From Oceanispirochaeta sp. (lineage in GTDB: Bacteria > Spirochaetota > Spirochaetia > DSM-2461), in assembly GCA_963666275.2 (NCBI GenBank), contig CAXXOA010000002.1, forward strand, positions 1,376,001-1,440,000: DNA of 64,000 nucleotides, in the 5' to 3' direction. How positions within the stretch are numbered: position 1 is the stretch's first letter; each line of letters opens with the position of its first letter. The translations under genes and the position numbers were made by a program. The notes under the pieces were generated by a model. That model saw nothing but the letters and a program-made list of their open reading frames with translations, searched no databases and was not told the origin of the DNA. Positions 17,819 through 28,663 of this stretch are shown here, one piece after another.

Positions 17819-18898
17819 ATGAAGAGAAAAGCAAGACATAGCAGATTTCCGGGAGTTCTCTTTTTGTTTCTGGTTTTTTCCCTGTCAGCTCTGCCTGCCC
17901 AGGAGAGCTGGCCCGAGCCTGTTCCCATTGGGGATTTCTCCTTTGATGTGCTGGATTTTTCTGTCATCGGATGGTCCAGAGAGGGGCGGCTGGCCTACGG
18001 GGTCACAGTTCCCGCCGAAGGGGGCGGATTCAAGTGGCAGTGGTTTGTCCAGGATCTTATAGAAGATTCGATCCTCTATACAAGCCCGGAATGGACCCTT
18101 ATGTCAGGACAGTCTCCTGCTGAACTTTGGAAAAAGCACCCTGAATGGCATTCTCAGCTCATCCGATTTCATATCGATCAGATAGACAGTTCGGCAAAAG
18201 CGGAAAAAATCTTTCAGATAGAAGGTGTCTCCTACAGGCTGGAAACCCTTATGGACCGGTCCGAATCGAATGACAACCCGGAAGGATTAACCCGGAGAAT
18301 CAGGGTCAACCTGTACCGGAATCATACAACTGCCAAGTCCATTTACGATTATGAACCCGATCCTGAACGGGAAGTCGTGGATGATATGATTATAAAGGGC
18401 TATCTCCAGAGTCCCTATGAAAAGAGGCTGGCCGTGGTAGCCCTGGAGAAATCCGGTGCTGATGCGGACTCTCTTGTCTGGAAGTACAGGGTTTTCGGGG
18501 CCCACAGAACCCTGGGGTTCTCCGCTGTGGAAACCGGAGGGAGCCGGCTGGCCGAAGCGGTCCTGAACGGACAGTACTACGTTGCCAGGATGTTTCTTGA
18601 AAACGGCGCTGATCCTGAGGAGTCGGATCCCCGGGGGTATACGGCGCTTCTGGGAGCTTCCCGGAGGGGCCTGTGGGATATCGTCCTGCTCCTTCTGGAA
18701 GCCGGCGCGAACCCTCATGTGGCTGATGACCGGGGCAGGACCCCACTGCACTATGCTGTCGCCGCGGATGCGGAGGAAGCGGTAAAGGCTCTGGTTCTGA
18801 AAGGGGCTGATCCCGAGAGGAAAGACAGCGCGGGACTGACCCCTTCACAGGAAGCCGCTATCAGGGGTCTGGGACATCTGGCTTCCTATTTGAAATGA
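17819..18898 (+). CDS. Exported ankyrin-repeat protein
   Basis: Signal peptide; C-terminal ankyrin repeats (GYTAL, GRTPLHYA, GLTP; LLEAGANP). Confidence 0.85.
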   Translation: MKRKARHSRFPGVLFLFLVFSLSALPAQESWPEPVPIGDFSFDVLDFSVIGWSREGRLAYGVTVPAEGGGFKWQWFVQDLIEDSILYTSPEWTLMSGQSPAELWKKHPEWHSQLIRFHIDQIDSSAKAEKIFQIEGVSYRLETLMDRSESNDNPEGLTRRIRVNLYRNHTTAKSIYDYEPDPEREVVDDMIIKGYLQSPYEKRLAVVALEKSGADADSLVWKYRVFGAHRTLGFSAVETGGSRLAEAVLNGQYYVARMFLENGADPEESDPRGYTALLGASRRGLWDIVLLLLEAGANPHVADDRGRTPLHYAVAADAEEAVKALVLKGADPERKDSAGLTPSQEAAIRGLGHLASYLK

Positions 18899-18920
18899 AA
18901 AGTTTCCGGGAGGATGAAGA

Positions 18921-19955
18921 ATGAGGTATGCGGATTTCAGAAGCGATACGGTCACACTGCCGACGCGGGATATGTATGAGGCTATGGCTCAGGCGGAGCT
19001 GGGAGACGATGTCTACGAAGATGATCCGACTCTGAAATCCCTGGAGGCCTATGCGGCGGATCTTCTGGGAAAAGAGGCTGCCCTGTTTGTTCCTTCGGGA
19101 ACATTCTGCAATCAGCTTGCCATCATGACCCATACCCGCCGGGGAGACGAAGTCATCGTCGGCGAGGGGTCCCATATCCTTCAGCATGAAGTGGGCGCTG
19201 CGGCCGTACTTTCCGGTGTGAATCTGAGGTCTGTTTCTCCCGACAGGGGGAGGATGGATAAAGCGACCGTGGCCGCAATGATCCGGGGAAAGGATGTCCA
19301 CTTTCCCGATACGGGGCTTATCTGTGTGGAGAATGCCCACTCCTGCGGCAGAGTCCTGCCTCTGAAAGACATGGAGGGGATCGCTTCCCTGGCGTCAGAG
19401 CATGGAATTCCGGTTCATCTTGACGGGGCCCGGTTTTTCAATGCCGCCATTGCTCTGGGAGCAGAGTATAAAACCCTGGCGTCCCTGGCGGATTCCATCA
19501 ATATCTGCCTTTCCAAGGGGCTCTGCGCTCCTGTAGGTTCCCTTCTTGTGGGAAAGAGGGTATTCATTGAGAAGGCCCGACGGAACAGGAAGCTTATGGG
19601 GGGCGGAATGCGTCAGGCCGGGATTCTGGGCGCTGCGGGACTGGTGGCTCTTCAAACCATGATTCCCCGGCTGGCGGAAGACCATGACAATGCCCGCTAC
19701 CTGGCGGCACAGCTGGGACGTCTTCCCGGGGTGGATGTTTCCCAGGATAGACTGGATATCAATATGGTATTTTTCACCCTCTCTTCTCAGCTCCTGAAGC
19801 CAGGGGTTCTGATTCAGAAGCTTCTTGAAAAAGGAATCAGGGTCAACGGACCCGAACAGAATGAATACAGGTTTGTAACCAACCACGGCGTGGGGAGGGA
19901 AGATATAGACAGCCTTGTCTCTACAGTCAAGGAGATCCTGGACGCCTCTGCCTAG
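18921..19955 (+). CDS. ltaE: Low-specificity L-threonine aldolase
   Basis: DFRSDTVT, GDDVY..DPT, HLDGAR, CLSKGLCAPVGS (PLP Lys), GGGMRQAG. Confidence 0.95.
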   Translation: MRYADFRSDTVTLPTRDMYEAMAQAELGDDVYEDDPTLKSLEAYAADLLGKEAALFVPSGTFCNQLAIMTHTRRGDEVIVGEGSHILQHEVGAAAVLSGVNLRSVSPDRGRMDKATVAAMIRGKDVHFPDTGLICVENAHSCGRVLPLKDMEGIASLASEHGIPVHLDGARFFNAAIALGAEYKTLASLADSINICLSKGLCAPVGSLLVGKRVFIEKARRNRKLMGGGMRQAGILGAAGLVALQTMIPRLAEDHDNARYLAAQLGRLPGVDVSQDRLDINMVFFTLSSQLLKPGVLIQKLLEKGIRVNGPEQNEYRFVTNHGVGREDIDSLVSTVKEILDASA

Positions 19956-20435
19956 TCACTTGTGGTAGGGCTCGTTCCGGATGATCCGGAAAGACCGGTA
20001 GATCTGCTCCAGAAGGATCACCCGTATCATCTGATGGGGAAAGGTCATGGCTGAGAACGACAGGGCCAGACTGCTCTGACGGCAGACTTCCGGGCTGAGT
20101 CCCAGTGATCCCCCTATGATGAAGCAGATATGATCCTTTCCTTTGTGGGGAACCTGCTCCATCCAGCGGGCCAGTTTTTCCGAGCTCAGAGATCTGCCTT
20201 CAATCTCGAGGGTCACCGCAAGGGCATCCCGGGGGAGGAGCTGAAGGATCCGCTCTCCCTCCCTTTCTTTCACCTTTTCCTGATCGGCCGGACTGGCATT
20301 CTCCGGGCACTTTTCATCAGCCACCTCTCTGATTTCCAGTCTGCAGTAACGGCTCAGCCTTTTGGAGTACTCCTCAATGGCGGATTTCCAGTATTTTTCT
20401 TTCAGTTTGCCCACTGTTATCAGAGTAATTTTCAA
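19956..20435 (-). CDS. rlmH: 23S rRNA (pseudouridine1915-N3)-methyltransferase
   Basis: VGKLKEKY, FIIGGSLG, MTFPHQ, EQIYR, EPYHK. Confidence 0.96.
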   Translation of the reverse strand: MKITLITVGKLKEKYWKSAIEEYSKRLSRYCRLEIREVADEKCPENASPADQEKVKEREGERILQLLPRDALAVTLEIEGRSLSSEKLARWMEQVPHKGKDHICFIIGGSLGLSPEVCRQSSLALSFSAMTFPHQMIRVILLEQIYRSFRIIRNEPYHK

Positions 20436-20600
20436 AAGAGGCCTCCCCTAAGCATTTTACCACCGGGCTCCGATAAGAACCAGCCCAGGCATTGTCAGAC
20501 AAAGAACAGGGCAATTCCTTACCGTCAATATGTTTGGGCGCTGGACACAGAGGCGGGTCTGTGATTTATAATAGGGGACTCAAAAAGCGGGGGGATTGAT

Positions 20601-21914
20601 TTGAAATCAGTAAAAGATAATGTCACCGCATTCCTTAAAAAATACGGAATGCACTATGAAGATCTGGATATGAAGGCCTGTGTGGAATCCTTTCTGGACG
20701 AAATGGAAAAAGGGCTCTCTCCCGAAGGAAGCTCTATCGCCATGATTCCCACATTTATTGAAACAGGGAAACCCATTCCTGTGGGAAAGAAAGTGGTTGT
20801 ACTGGATGCGGGAGGTACAAATCTCAGAACCGCCCTGGTTTCGTTTAATGAAAAATATGAACCTGTGATTGAACATTTTCAGAAGAATCCCATGCCGGGA
20901 ACCAAAGGCGCTGTCAGCAGGGACGAATTCTTTCAGATCCTGGGAGACTATATTCTGGATCTGGTACCGAAAGGGGAAAAAATCGGCTTCTGTTTCTCCT
21001 ATCCCACAGAGATCTATCCCAATAAAGACGGCCGCCTTATCAAATTCAGCAAAGAGGTGGAGTGTCCGGAAGTTCACGGTCAGATGATCGGGGAAAATCT
21101 TCTGGCCTATCTGAAAAAGAAAGGACTGAAGGATGATAAAGAGATTGTAATCCTCAATGATACAGTCGCCACGCTCCTGACCGGTATGATCTCCTTTCCC
21201 GATGAAGTCTTCAGCGACTATATCGGGTATATTTTCGGTACGGGCATCAACAGCTGCTATATAGAATCCAACAGTAAAATTCTGAAACAGGAGCATCTCA
21301 ATCCCGAACATAATCAGATCATCAACACCGAATGCGGCTCCTTCAACGGACACCCCCGGGGGGAGATTGACAGGGAACTGGACAAGGGAACTCAGGATCC
21401 CGGTGCCTACCAGCTTGAAAAAATGACAACCGGCGGATACTTCGGCCTTGTGATTACCAAAACACTGGAAAAGGCCCTGGAGGACGGGCTGTTTTCGGAA
21501 GAAGCCGCCTCCGCACTGAAAGAGGCGGGCCGGCTCTCGACCAAAGATGTGGATGACTACTGCCATAATCCCCATAACAGAGAGAACAGGCTTGTGAAAA
21601 TCCTGGAGGATAAAACAGCTGAAGACAGAGAGACCCTGTTCTTTCTGATTGATGATCTGCTAGAAAGAGCCGCAAGGCTGGCGGCCTGCTCCATGGCGGG
21701 AACCCTGCTGAAAGGGGGAAAGGGCACATCGCCCCTTGAACCTGTCTGTCTGACCGTTGACGGAACAACATTCTACTGTTTCTTCCACTTCCGCTACAGA
21801 GTGGAAGCCTATCTGAAAGAGCTTCTCAGCGGTGAAAATCAGAGATTCTATAAAATTGTCAAAGTGGAAGACGCCCCTCTTCTGGGAGCGGCCATCGCAG
21901 CCCTGACAAATTGA
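20601..21914 (+). CDS. Hexokinase (eukaryote-type family)
   Basis: LDAGGTNLR, GFCFSYP, FSKEV, LNDTVAT, GTGINSCY, INTECG, EKMTTGGY. Confidence 0.9.
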   Translation: MKSVKDNVTAFLKKYGMHYEDLDMKACVESFLDEMEKGLSPEGSSIAMIPTFIETGKPIPVGKKVVVLDAGGTNLRTALVSFNEKYEPVIEHFQKNPMPGTKGAVSRDEFFQILGDYILDLVPKGEKIGFCFSYPTEIYPNKDGRLIKFSKEVECPEVHGQMIGENLLAYLKKKGLKDDKEIVILNDTVATLLTGMISFPDEVFSDYIGYIFGTGINSCYIESNSKILKQEHLNPEHNQIINTECGSFNGHPRGEIDRELDKGTQDPGAYQLEKMTTGGYFGLVITKTLEKALEDGLFSEEAASALKEAGRLSTKDVDDYCHNPHNRENRLVKILEDKTAEDRETLFFLIDDLLERAARLAACSMAGTLLKGGKGTSPLEPVCLTVDGTTFYCFFHFRYRVEAYLKELLSGENQRFYKIVKVEDAPLLGAAIAALTN

Positions 21915-21921
21915 CCCGTCC

Positions 21922-21956
21922 TTCTCCGGAAACTCCCTCCAGAGGTTTCCGGAGAA
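21922..21956 (+). terminator. Hairpin downstream of hexokinase
   Basis: 12-bp stem TTCTCCGGAAAC...GTTTCCGGAGAA with a weak U-tail. Confidence 0.55.
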
Positions 21957-22049
21957 ACTTATTCTGAAAAATCCTTTCTTCTGGAAATGAGAGAGGAAAA
22001 AGACGATACTGAAAGAAGAACATAATGCGTATCGTATCTGGAGTGTCAT

Positions 22050-22445
22050 GTGGAAAATTCATCCCTCCTGGAGGGAAAAAAGATAATAATTGCCGATGAT
22101 GAAACCTTTATCAGGCAGCATATTACAAGAAAACTCTCTTCCCTGGGGCTGACCGTTTTTGAAGCTGAAACAGGGGATCAGGTTCTGGCTCTGCTGCGCA
22201 GTCATCCCGATGTCATCCTGATGGACGTGAAAATGCCCGGAACAGACGGGTATGAAACCACCCGGCAGATCCGATCCGATCTGGTTGCCGCGGATATTCC
22301 TGTGATCCTGCTGAGTGCTCTTTCAGATCAGGATGATATCGATTACGGGTTCAAAATGGGGGCGAATGATTTCCTCACCAAGCCAGTCACCTTTGCCATT
22401 ATTCTGGAAACCATAAAAAGGCAGCTGAATTCCGTTGCTTTGTGA
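22050..22445 (+). CDS. Single-domain response regulator
   Basis: IADDE, LMDVKMP, GANDFLTKP. Confidence 0.88.
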   Translation: MENSSLLEGKKIIIADDETFIRQHITRKLSSLGLTVFEAETGDQVLALLRSHPDVILMDVKMPGTDGYETTRQIRSDLVAADIPVILLSALSDQDDIDYGFKMGANDFLTKPVTFAIILETIKRQLNSVAL

Positions 22446-22500
22446 ACTATTATAAAAGAAAGACATTGTACAAATTTCCTGCAGAGGATGCCGTTTTAAT

Positions 22501-24522
22501 ATGAATACAGAACGGATGACCGAAATGGAACGCAGGAAAATTCAGAGGCAGATGTTTGCCCTGGAGGATGAAAAAGAGGCTGTTGAAGCCCGATACCGAT
22601 TCCTCCTCGAGCAGGCTCAGGTTGGAATTTTCCGGATTGATTCAGAAACTGGTTATCTCATTGAAGCAAATAAAGAAACAGTTCAGCTCTTTCACTGTGA
22701 GACCCTGGAGGAACTGAAAGAACATCTGGATCCTGATAATCATGAATCCAGCCGTTTTTTCGATCCCCGGCAGTTTCAGAATATGTCCGACGGCGATGCG
22801 GTCTCTTTCTCCATGCACGCCAACAAAAAAGACGGGACTGCCTTCTGGGCACGGGTGATACTTCAGAGCCTCAGAGAATCTTCCTGCCTGGAGGGGATCA
22901 TCTCGGATATTTCCGATCAGGTCAGGATGGATATTGAGCTTCGGAAGGCGATCATTTCGGCCGAAAATGCCAGGAAAGAGGCCGTAGAGGCCAACAAAGC
23001 CAAAAGCGACTTCCTGGCAAATATCTCCCATGAAATCCGGACACCCCTCAACGGCATCATCGGCTTTACCGAAATCATCATGGCTTCCATAGACTCTCCG
23101 GAAGGGCACCTTTATGCGGGGAAGATCCTGGATGAGTCAGAAAACCTGATGACATTGATCAATCAGCTTCTGGATATTGCAAAAATCGAGGCAAAACAGC
23201 TGCAGCTCAATGAGGAACCTTTCTATCTGAGGAATCTCCTGGCTGAAACCATCAGTTTCATGAGGCTGAGAGCCCGTAACAAGGGGCTGAAGCTGAATGT
23301 TGATTTTGACGAGAGGCTTCCCTCCTGCATTGTGGGGGATTCCTACAGAATCCGCCAGATCCTGCTGAACCTTTTATCCAATGCCGTCAAATTCACCAAT
23401 GCGGGGAGCGTCTCTCTCCGGGCTGTGAGAGAACTTAAAAGCGAGAGGGAACTGATTGTCCGGTTTGAGGTGGAAGATACGGGGATAGGAATTCCCGAAT
23501 CCATGCATGATGCTGTTTTTGAGAGCTTTGTTCAGGCCGACAGCTCCATCTCCCGGCAGTTCGGCGGGACCGGGCTTGGTATTTCCATCTCCCGTGAGCT
23601 GGCGGAGCTTATGGGGGGACATTTATGGTTTGAAAGCCAGGTGGATCTGGGCTCAACATTCTTCTTCACCATAAAAACCGAGGTTGCCGAGGATTTTAAT
23701 CCCGATGCCGCAAGAGATAAAGGCAGCAGACTTCTGGAAGGGAAAAGTCTCAAAGGTGTGAAAGTCCTTATCGTTGAGGACTATCCCACCAACAGGGAAA
23801 TAGCCCAGCACCATCTCGAGTCGGCGGGCTGCCATGTTGATCTGGCATCCAACGGCCTGCTGGCCCTGGAACTGGTCCGGAAACAAAGTTATGAGATCAT
23901 ACTCATGGATGTGCACATGCCGGATATCAGCGGACTGGAAGTGACAAGAAAAATCCGGTCCATTCCGGAGTTTAAGGATATTCCCATCATAGGAATGACC
24001 GCCAATGTGATGCCTGCCAACCGGCAGGAATGCAGGGAGGCGGGGATGAATGATTTCATTGCCAAGCCTCTCAGAAAAAAGGGCCTGCTGGATACTGTTG
24101 AGTTCTGGCATACCCATCATAGGGGGACCCGGGAAAAAATCCTTCCCGAACCACCTGTGTTCAGGAATGAACAGGCATCGGACGCTCCTCTGAACTATCA
24201 GAAGTTCCTTGAGGAGATGGACGGGGATGAACGCTTCGCCGGAGAGGTTATCAGAGGGTTCCTTTTAGAACTGGATCATCAGATAGACCTCATTCATAAA
24301 GCCCGGGAAGATCAGGAGTGGAGTATTATTCACAGGGAAGCTCATGCCATCAAGGGAGGGGCACTCAATCTCAGCGCCTATTCCCTGGCAGAGTGGGCTT
24401 TCGCCCTGGAACGGGCTGCCCTGAGCGAACATACTGCCATGATCCCTCTTCTTCTGAGGGAACTGGACCGTTCTCTGGACCTGTTCAGGGAATTCTGCCG
24501 GGTGACTCTGGGATCGGATTGA
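22501..24522 (+). CDS. Cytoplasmic hybrid histidine kinase (PAS-HisKA-HATPase-REC-Hpt)
   Basis: PAS/PAC, SHEIRTPLNG, NAVKFT, GGTGLG, LMDVHMP, Hpt AHAIKGGA. Confidence 0.92.
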   Translation: MNTERMTEMERRKIQRQMFALEDEKEAVEARYRFLLEQAQVGIFRIDSETGYLIEANKETVQLFHCETLEELKEHLDPDNHESSRFFDPRQFQNMSDGDAVSFSMHANKKDGTAFWARVILQSLRESSCLEGIISDISDQVRMDIELRKAIISAENARKEAVEANKAKSDFLANISHEIRTPLNGIIGFTEIIMASIDSPEGHLYAGKILDESENLMTLINQLLDIAKIEAKQLQLNEEPFYLRNLLAETISFMRLRARNKGLKLNVDFDERLPSCIVGDSYRIRQILLNLLSNAVKFTNAGSVSLRAVRELKSERELIVRFEVEDTGIGIPESMHDAVFESFVQADSSISRQFGGTGLGISISRELAELMGGHLWFESQVDLGSTFFFTIKTEVAEDFNPDAARDKGSRLLEGKSLKGVKVLIVEDYPTNREIAQHHLESAGCHVDLASNGLLALELVRKQSYEIILMDVHMPDISGLEVTRKIRSIPEFKDIPIIGMTANVMPANRQECREAGMNDFIAKPLRKKGLLDTVEFWHTHHRGTREKILPEPPVFRNEQASDAPLNYQKFLEEMDGDERFAGEVIRGFLLELDHQIDLIHKAREDQEWSIIHREAHAIKGGALNLSAYSLAEWAFALERAALSEHTAMIPLLLRELDRSLDLFREFCRVTLGSD

Positions 24523-24571
24523 TCTGCTGCCCGGGATTGCCCTCCCTTTCCGCTTCGGTTAAGATGGATCC

Positions 24572-26392
24572 ATGACAGAAAAATCTCTCGCATTATACAA
24601 ACAGGTCCCTGTCAGGGTCGGTGAAATCGGTGCTGATAAACTCATGATCTATCTTCCCGATGGAAAAAGCAAAAAAGTCAGACCCAAGGACATACTTGTC
24701 ATTCATCCCGGCCCGGTTGATTCCACAGCCGCTCTGGAGCCGCCGGCGGCAGATCCATCGGAAGCCTGGGAACTCCTTCAGGGGGAGTCTCCGTCTCTGG
24801 AGGAGCTGGCTGAGCTTGTATATGGAGAGTTCACTCCCCGTACCGCCTGGGGAGCTTTTCTTCTGCTGAACAGAACTCCCTGGTTCCGGGGAACCCCCGA
24901 TGCCATTGAGGTCCGCTCTCCCGAAGAGGTGGAGCAGATCCAGAAGGCGGAACAGGAGAAAAAAGAGGCGGAACTCCGCTGGAACTCCTTTATGGAGGAT
25001 CTCAGAAAGGGACAGATCCGGGAGGAGAATCGGGGATTTCTGACGGATCTTGAGCAGTATGCCCTTCAGAAGAGCAGGCGTTCCAGGATCATGCAGGACC
25101 TGGGAAAACAGCAGTCTCCTGAAAACGCCCATAGGCTGCTTCTGAATCTGGGGGTCTGGGAAGATCGGAAAAATCCCTGGCCCGACCGTTTTGATATGCC
25201 CGGGAGTGCTCCGGATTTCGCCCTGGAAGAGGGGGTGGATGTTCCCCGCGAGGATCTGTGCGGTATGGCCTCTTTTGCCATTGACGATGAGGGGAACCAG
25301 GATCCGGATGATGCGGTGAGCTTTCAGGACGGGTGGATGTGGGTTCATATCGCCGACAGCAGTTCTCTGATTCCTCCCGGCAGCAGTGCGGACAGTGAAG
25401 CCAGGGGGCGGGCAGCCAACCTCTATCTGCCCGAAGGGGTCATTCCCATGCTGCCACCGCTGGCTACCGAGCGTCTGGGACTGGGGCTGCAGGAGATCTC
25501 TCCCGCACTTTCATTCGGGTTCAAAATAGACGGCAGTTATGAGATCACCGATTTCAGAATGACCTTTTCTCAGGTGAAGGTCAGCAGAATGACCTACAGG
25601 GAAGCCCAGGAGAGGATGGGGGAAGAACCATTCTGTACCCTGAAAAAGATCACAGACAGATTCAGGGAGAACCGTCTGAACGAAGGGGCCCTTTCTCTGG
25701 TTCTGCCGGAAGTGAAAATCCGGCTTGATGAAGAGGGTGCTATCCGTATCACCCCCCTGGAGGAGTACAGCAGCAGAGACATGGTTGCCGAAGCCATGAT
25801 GATGACAGGAACTTATACCGCCCGTTTTGCCCGGGATAACAATATACCCATTCCCTATGTGATGCAGCCGCCGCCTGAAGGGGATCTGCCGGAGACAGAG
25901 CCAGGCAATCTCGCCTCTATGTTCCAGATGCGGCGCTTTATGAAAAGGAGCCAGGTCACCACGGTTCCCGGTCCGCACAGCGGCATGGGCCTGCCTGTAT
26001 ACACCAGGGCGACCAGCCCTCTCAGAAGGTATTCGGACCTCCTTGTGCAGCAGCAGATCCGCCAGTACCTTGCGGGGCAGCCTCTTCTGACCGAAGAGGA
26101 TATCCTGGAAGGGACCGCTTCCTGTGAGTCCGTGGCCGGTAAAGTGACGAGCGCCGAGAGGTTTTCCAATCTTCACTGGAAACTTGTCTATCTGAAAGAG
26201 AACCCCGGGTGGACAGGTGACGGGGTTGTTGTCGGCCGGGGAGACAAGCAGACGATCCTGGCCATTCCCTCCCTGGCGCTGGAAACCAGGATCGCTCTGA
26301 AAGAGAAGCTGCCTCTGAATACGGTTCTGCAGGTTCAGGTCGAAAAGGTGAATATTCCCGAGCAGCAGGTGATTTTTAAAACTTTTAGTTGA
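24572..26392 (+). CDS. RNB-domain 3'-5' exoribonuclease (RNase II family)
   Basis: AIDDEGNQDPDDA, VHIAD, HSGMG..Y..ATSPLRRYSD. Confidence 0.9.
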   Translation: MTEKSLALYKQVPVRVGEIGADKLMIYLPDGKSKKVRPKDILVIHPGPVDSTAALEPPAADPSEAWELLQGESPSLEELAELVYGEFTPRTAWGAFLLLNRTPWFRGTPDAIEVRSPEEVEQIQKAEQEKKEAELRWNSFMEDLRKGQIREENRGFLTDLEQYALQKSRRSRIMQDLGKQQSPENAHRLLLNLGVWEDRKNPWPDRFDMPGSAPDFALEEGVDVPREDLCGMASFAIDDEGNQDPDDAVSFQDGWMWVHIADSSSLIPPGSSADSEARGRAANLYLPEGVIPMLPPLATERLGLGLQEISPALSFGFKIDGSYEITDFRMTFSQVKVSRMTYREAQERMGEEPFCTLKKITDRFRENRLNEGALSLVLPEVKIRLDEEGAIRITPLEEYSSRDMVAEAMMMTGTYTARFARDNNIPIPYVMQPPPEGDLPETEPGNLASMFQMRRFMKRSQVTTVPGPHSGMGLPVYTRATSPLRRYSDLLVQQQIRQYLAGQPLLTEEDILEGTASCESVAGKVTSAERFSNLHWKLVYLKENPGWTGDGVVVGRGDKQTILAIPSLALETRIALKEKLPLNTVLQVQVEKVNIPEQQVIFKTFS

Positions 26393-26426
26393 TCTCCCCT
26401 GACACTGTCTATACTATGGTTGTTGT

Positions 26427-26984
26427 ATGAAACGGATTTTCCCGGTACTGCTGTTTTTTCAGACTCTCTTTTTCCTGGAGGCCCAGGAAACGGTCCTTTT
26501 TCCCGAAGGTCTGGAATATGATCCTTTCTATGCCGTCAGGATCACCGACAGTGATGACAACAGCTATGTCCTCAGCAACGCTTTTTATCAGAGCGCCGAA
26601 GGGGAGATCAAATATTTTGTCTGGTTCCGCCGGGGCACCGAACGGGGGGTGGCTGAGTATCCGCTGGATCTGTTTAAAATCCAGTCTCTTTCGCTGACCG
26701 GGAACTATGAGGTTCCCCCCGACGGATTTACCCCCTGTGAAGTGGAGCTGACCTCGGGTGACCTTTTTCAGGGATTTCTGGATACCACCGGTTACTTTGC
26801 CGGGATGGACCAGGATTTCGGCTCTTTCGGCAGGATCTATCTCAACTACAACGGCATTACAAGGGTGGAGTTTCTCCATAATGGAATCTACTCGCGCTGT
26901 CCCTTCTGCGGTGCTATTTTCTACAATCAGCTCTACGAAACCTGTCCCTTTGATCAGACCCTTCTGGAGTGGCAGAATAACTGA
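26427..26984 (+). CDS. Exported hypothetical protein with C-terminal zinc-ribbon-like motif
   Basis: Signal peptide; CPFC-x10-CPFD. Confidence 0.7.
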   Translation: MKRIFPVLLFFQTLFFLEAQETVLFPEGLEYDPFYAVRITDSDDNSYVLSNAFYQSAEGEIKYFVWFRRGTERGVAEYPLDLFKIQSLSLTGNYEVPPDGFTPCEVELTSGDLFQGFLDTTGYFAGMDQDFGSFGRIYLNYNGITRVEFLHNGIYSRCPFCGAIFYNQLYETCPFDQTLLEWQNN

Positions 26985-26990
26985 CAGTGC

Positions 26991-28229
26991 CTAGAGCTTT
27001 TCTATCTCTTCTCCCGGCCAGGCGTAGGAGGAGGGGAGTCCCAGTGTTCTGAGGGCACAGAGCCATTTATATCCCGACTCTCTCAGAGTGGGAAAGTCAA
27101 AAACATAGAATGTATCGTTGTGATAGAGTTCAACACGCTGTCTTGTCATCACGTTGATTCCCGACAGTTCTTTCAGAGTCAGTTTTTTCTGCTCATTCCC
27201 GTCGGAAAGCAGGATATGTTCTCTGTGAAGGGCGATTGTTCCCATACGGGTCCATTCCCGGGGGGCGCCTTTTTTATCGGCGATCCGGATAGTCATCCCC
27301 TGATCTTCCATGAAAGGTTTTCCCGTCTCATTCTTATAATAGGCATCCAGCAGATCCTTCAGGGTTACTTTCTGCCAGGCGTTCCACTCCCGGGGGGTGG
27401 GGAATCTCCCGGGGGTACCATTTCTGTTAGAAAAACGGTACCGGGAGGAAAGGGTCTGGCTGAATCCGCAGGAGCCGCAGGAGATGGTGTCTCCCCGGGA
27501 ACTCAGGGTAGCAACCTCCCGGCATTCAGGGCAGATATACAGGAGATTCTCCAGATATTCAGCGGTTTCGGGGGATCTGTACTCCCAGTTCCGATTCTCA
27601 ATGAGGCTGTATTCGTCCGTTTCAATCAGTCCTGTCAGCTTTTCGTAAATCTCATCGGGACTCAGTTGTTTCAGCTCCGATCCATCGGGGAAGAGCGGGT
27701 GGATCGTCAGCTCTATGGGGCCTTTCCGTATGCCTCTGGCCCAGCGGGGCTGGACCGAATAGGCTCCCGAATGAATGGGGACAAACACGGGGATCTTCAA
27801 CAGCTTCAGGAGTTTTGCCGTGGAATAGTAAAGGGGAAGCGGTCCCCCGTCCCAGGACATCTGTCCCTCCGGATAGATGCAGATAATCTTTCGTTTTTCT
27901 TTCAGAGCCATCATATGCCTGATGGCGCCCAGATCGCTTTTGGCTTTGGCTTTGGGAAAAGCCCCCAGGGCTCTCATGAAAAAGCGGCCCGGATTTTTTC
28001 TGAAATGGGAATCCGCTGCCATATAATGGACAGGATCCCTGATTTTCAGACCGAGAAGAACCATGTCCCATTTCATCATATGATTGGGAAGAAGGATGTA
28101 GGGAGGTTTCATCTCCTTCAGGATTTCAGGGTTTGTCAGTTTTACGGGATAGTGTCTGTTAAACCAGGGGGCGACCAGATTTTTCAGAAAGCCGTGAAGT
28201 AGAGGGTTGAAGGTGTGAATTTTATTCAT
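26991..28229 (-). CDS. Lysophospholipid acyltransferase (PlsC-like) with Zn ribbon
   Basis: NHMMKWD (HxxxxD), YPEG, CPEC and CGSC. Confidence 0.85.
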   Translation of the reverse strand: MNKIHTFNPLLHGFLKNLVAPWFNRHYPVKLTNPEILKEMKPPYILLPNHMMKWDMVLLGLKIRDPVHYMAADSHFRKNPGRFFMRALGAFPKAKAKSDLGAIRHMMALKEKRKIICIYPEGQMSWDGGPLPLYYSTAKLLKLLKIPVFVPIHSGAYSVQPRWARGIRKGPIELTIHPLFPDGSELKQLSPDEIYEKLTGLIETDEYSLIENRNWEYRSPETAEYLENLLYICPECREVATLSSRGDTISCGSCGFSQTLSSRYRFSNRNGTPGRFPTPREWNAWQKVTLKDLLDAYYKNETGKPFMEDQGMTIRIADKKGAPREWTRMGTIALHREHILLSDGNEQKKLTLKELSGINVMTRQRVELYHNDTFYVFDFPTLRESGYKWLCALRTLGLPSSYAWPGEEIEKL

Positions 28230-28255
28230 CCTGCTTCCTTTTTACTTGGGGGGTG

Positions 28256-28663
28256 TTAAAATTCAAAGTCCTCGGGAAGAGGATTGTAGTGCATATCAAT
28301 ATCATCGATTGTCCACTCCGGGGGGAGTTTGAATGCCTCAATGACCTGCTGATGCTCTTTTTCGCTGAAATCATCGCCGTGATAGATCACAAACTTCTGT
28401 TTTTTAAAGAGATAGATGACACGGCCCCGGGGAATCAGATCGTATTCGGATCTCAGAGTTAATGGCAGTTTTTTCAGAACGCCCTTTTTTTCCATCATAA
28501 ACCAGGCGGCATAGTGACCGACTTTATAGTCCACGCTGATGCTTGTAATCATTCCCTCTGTCACCGCTGCGGATTCATCGTAGAAGAGGGATCCCCTGTA
28601 GCACCAGAAAATACCCACCCGTGGTTCCGGATCCCGGGGGAGGAAGGGGAAGTCACTCATCAC
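28256..28663 (-). CDS. Hypothetical protein (GIFW...PRGRV...HY)
   Basis: 135-aa ORF overlapping the upstream gene, with GGAGG RBS. Confidence 0.7.
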   Translation of the reverse strand: MMSDFPFLPRDPEPRVGIFWCYRGSLFYDESAAVTEGMITSISVDYKVGHYAAWFMMEKKGVLKKLPLTLRSEYDLIPRGRVIYLFKKQKFVIYHGDDFSEKEHQQVIEAFKLPPEWTIDDIDMHYNPLPEDFEF

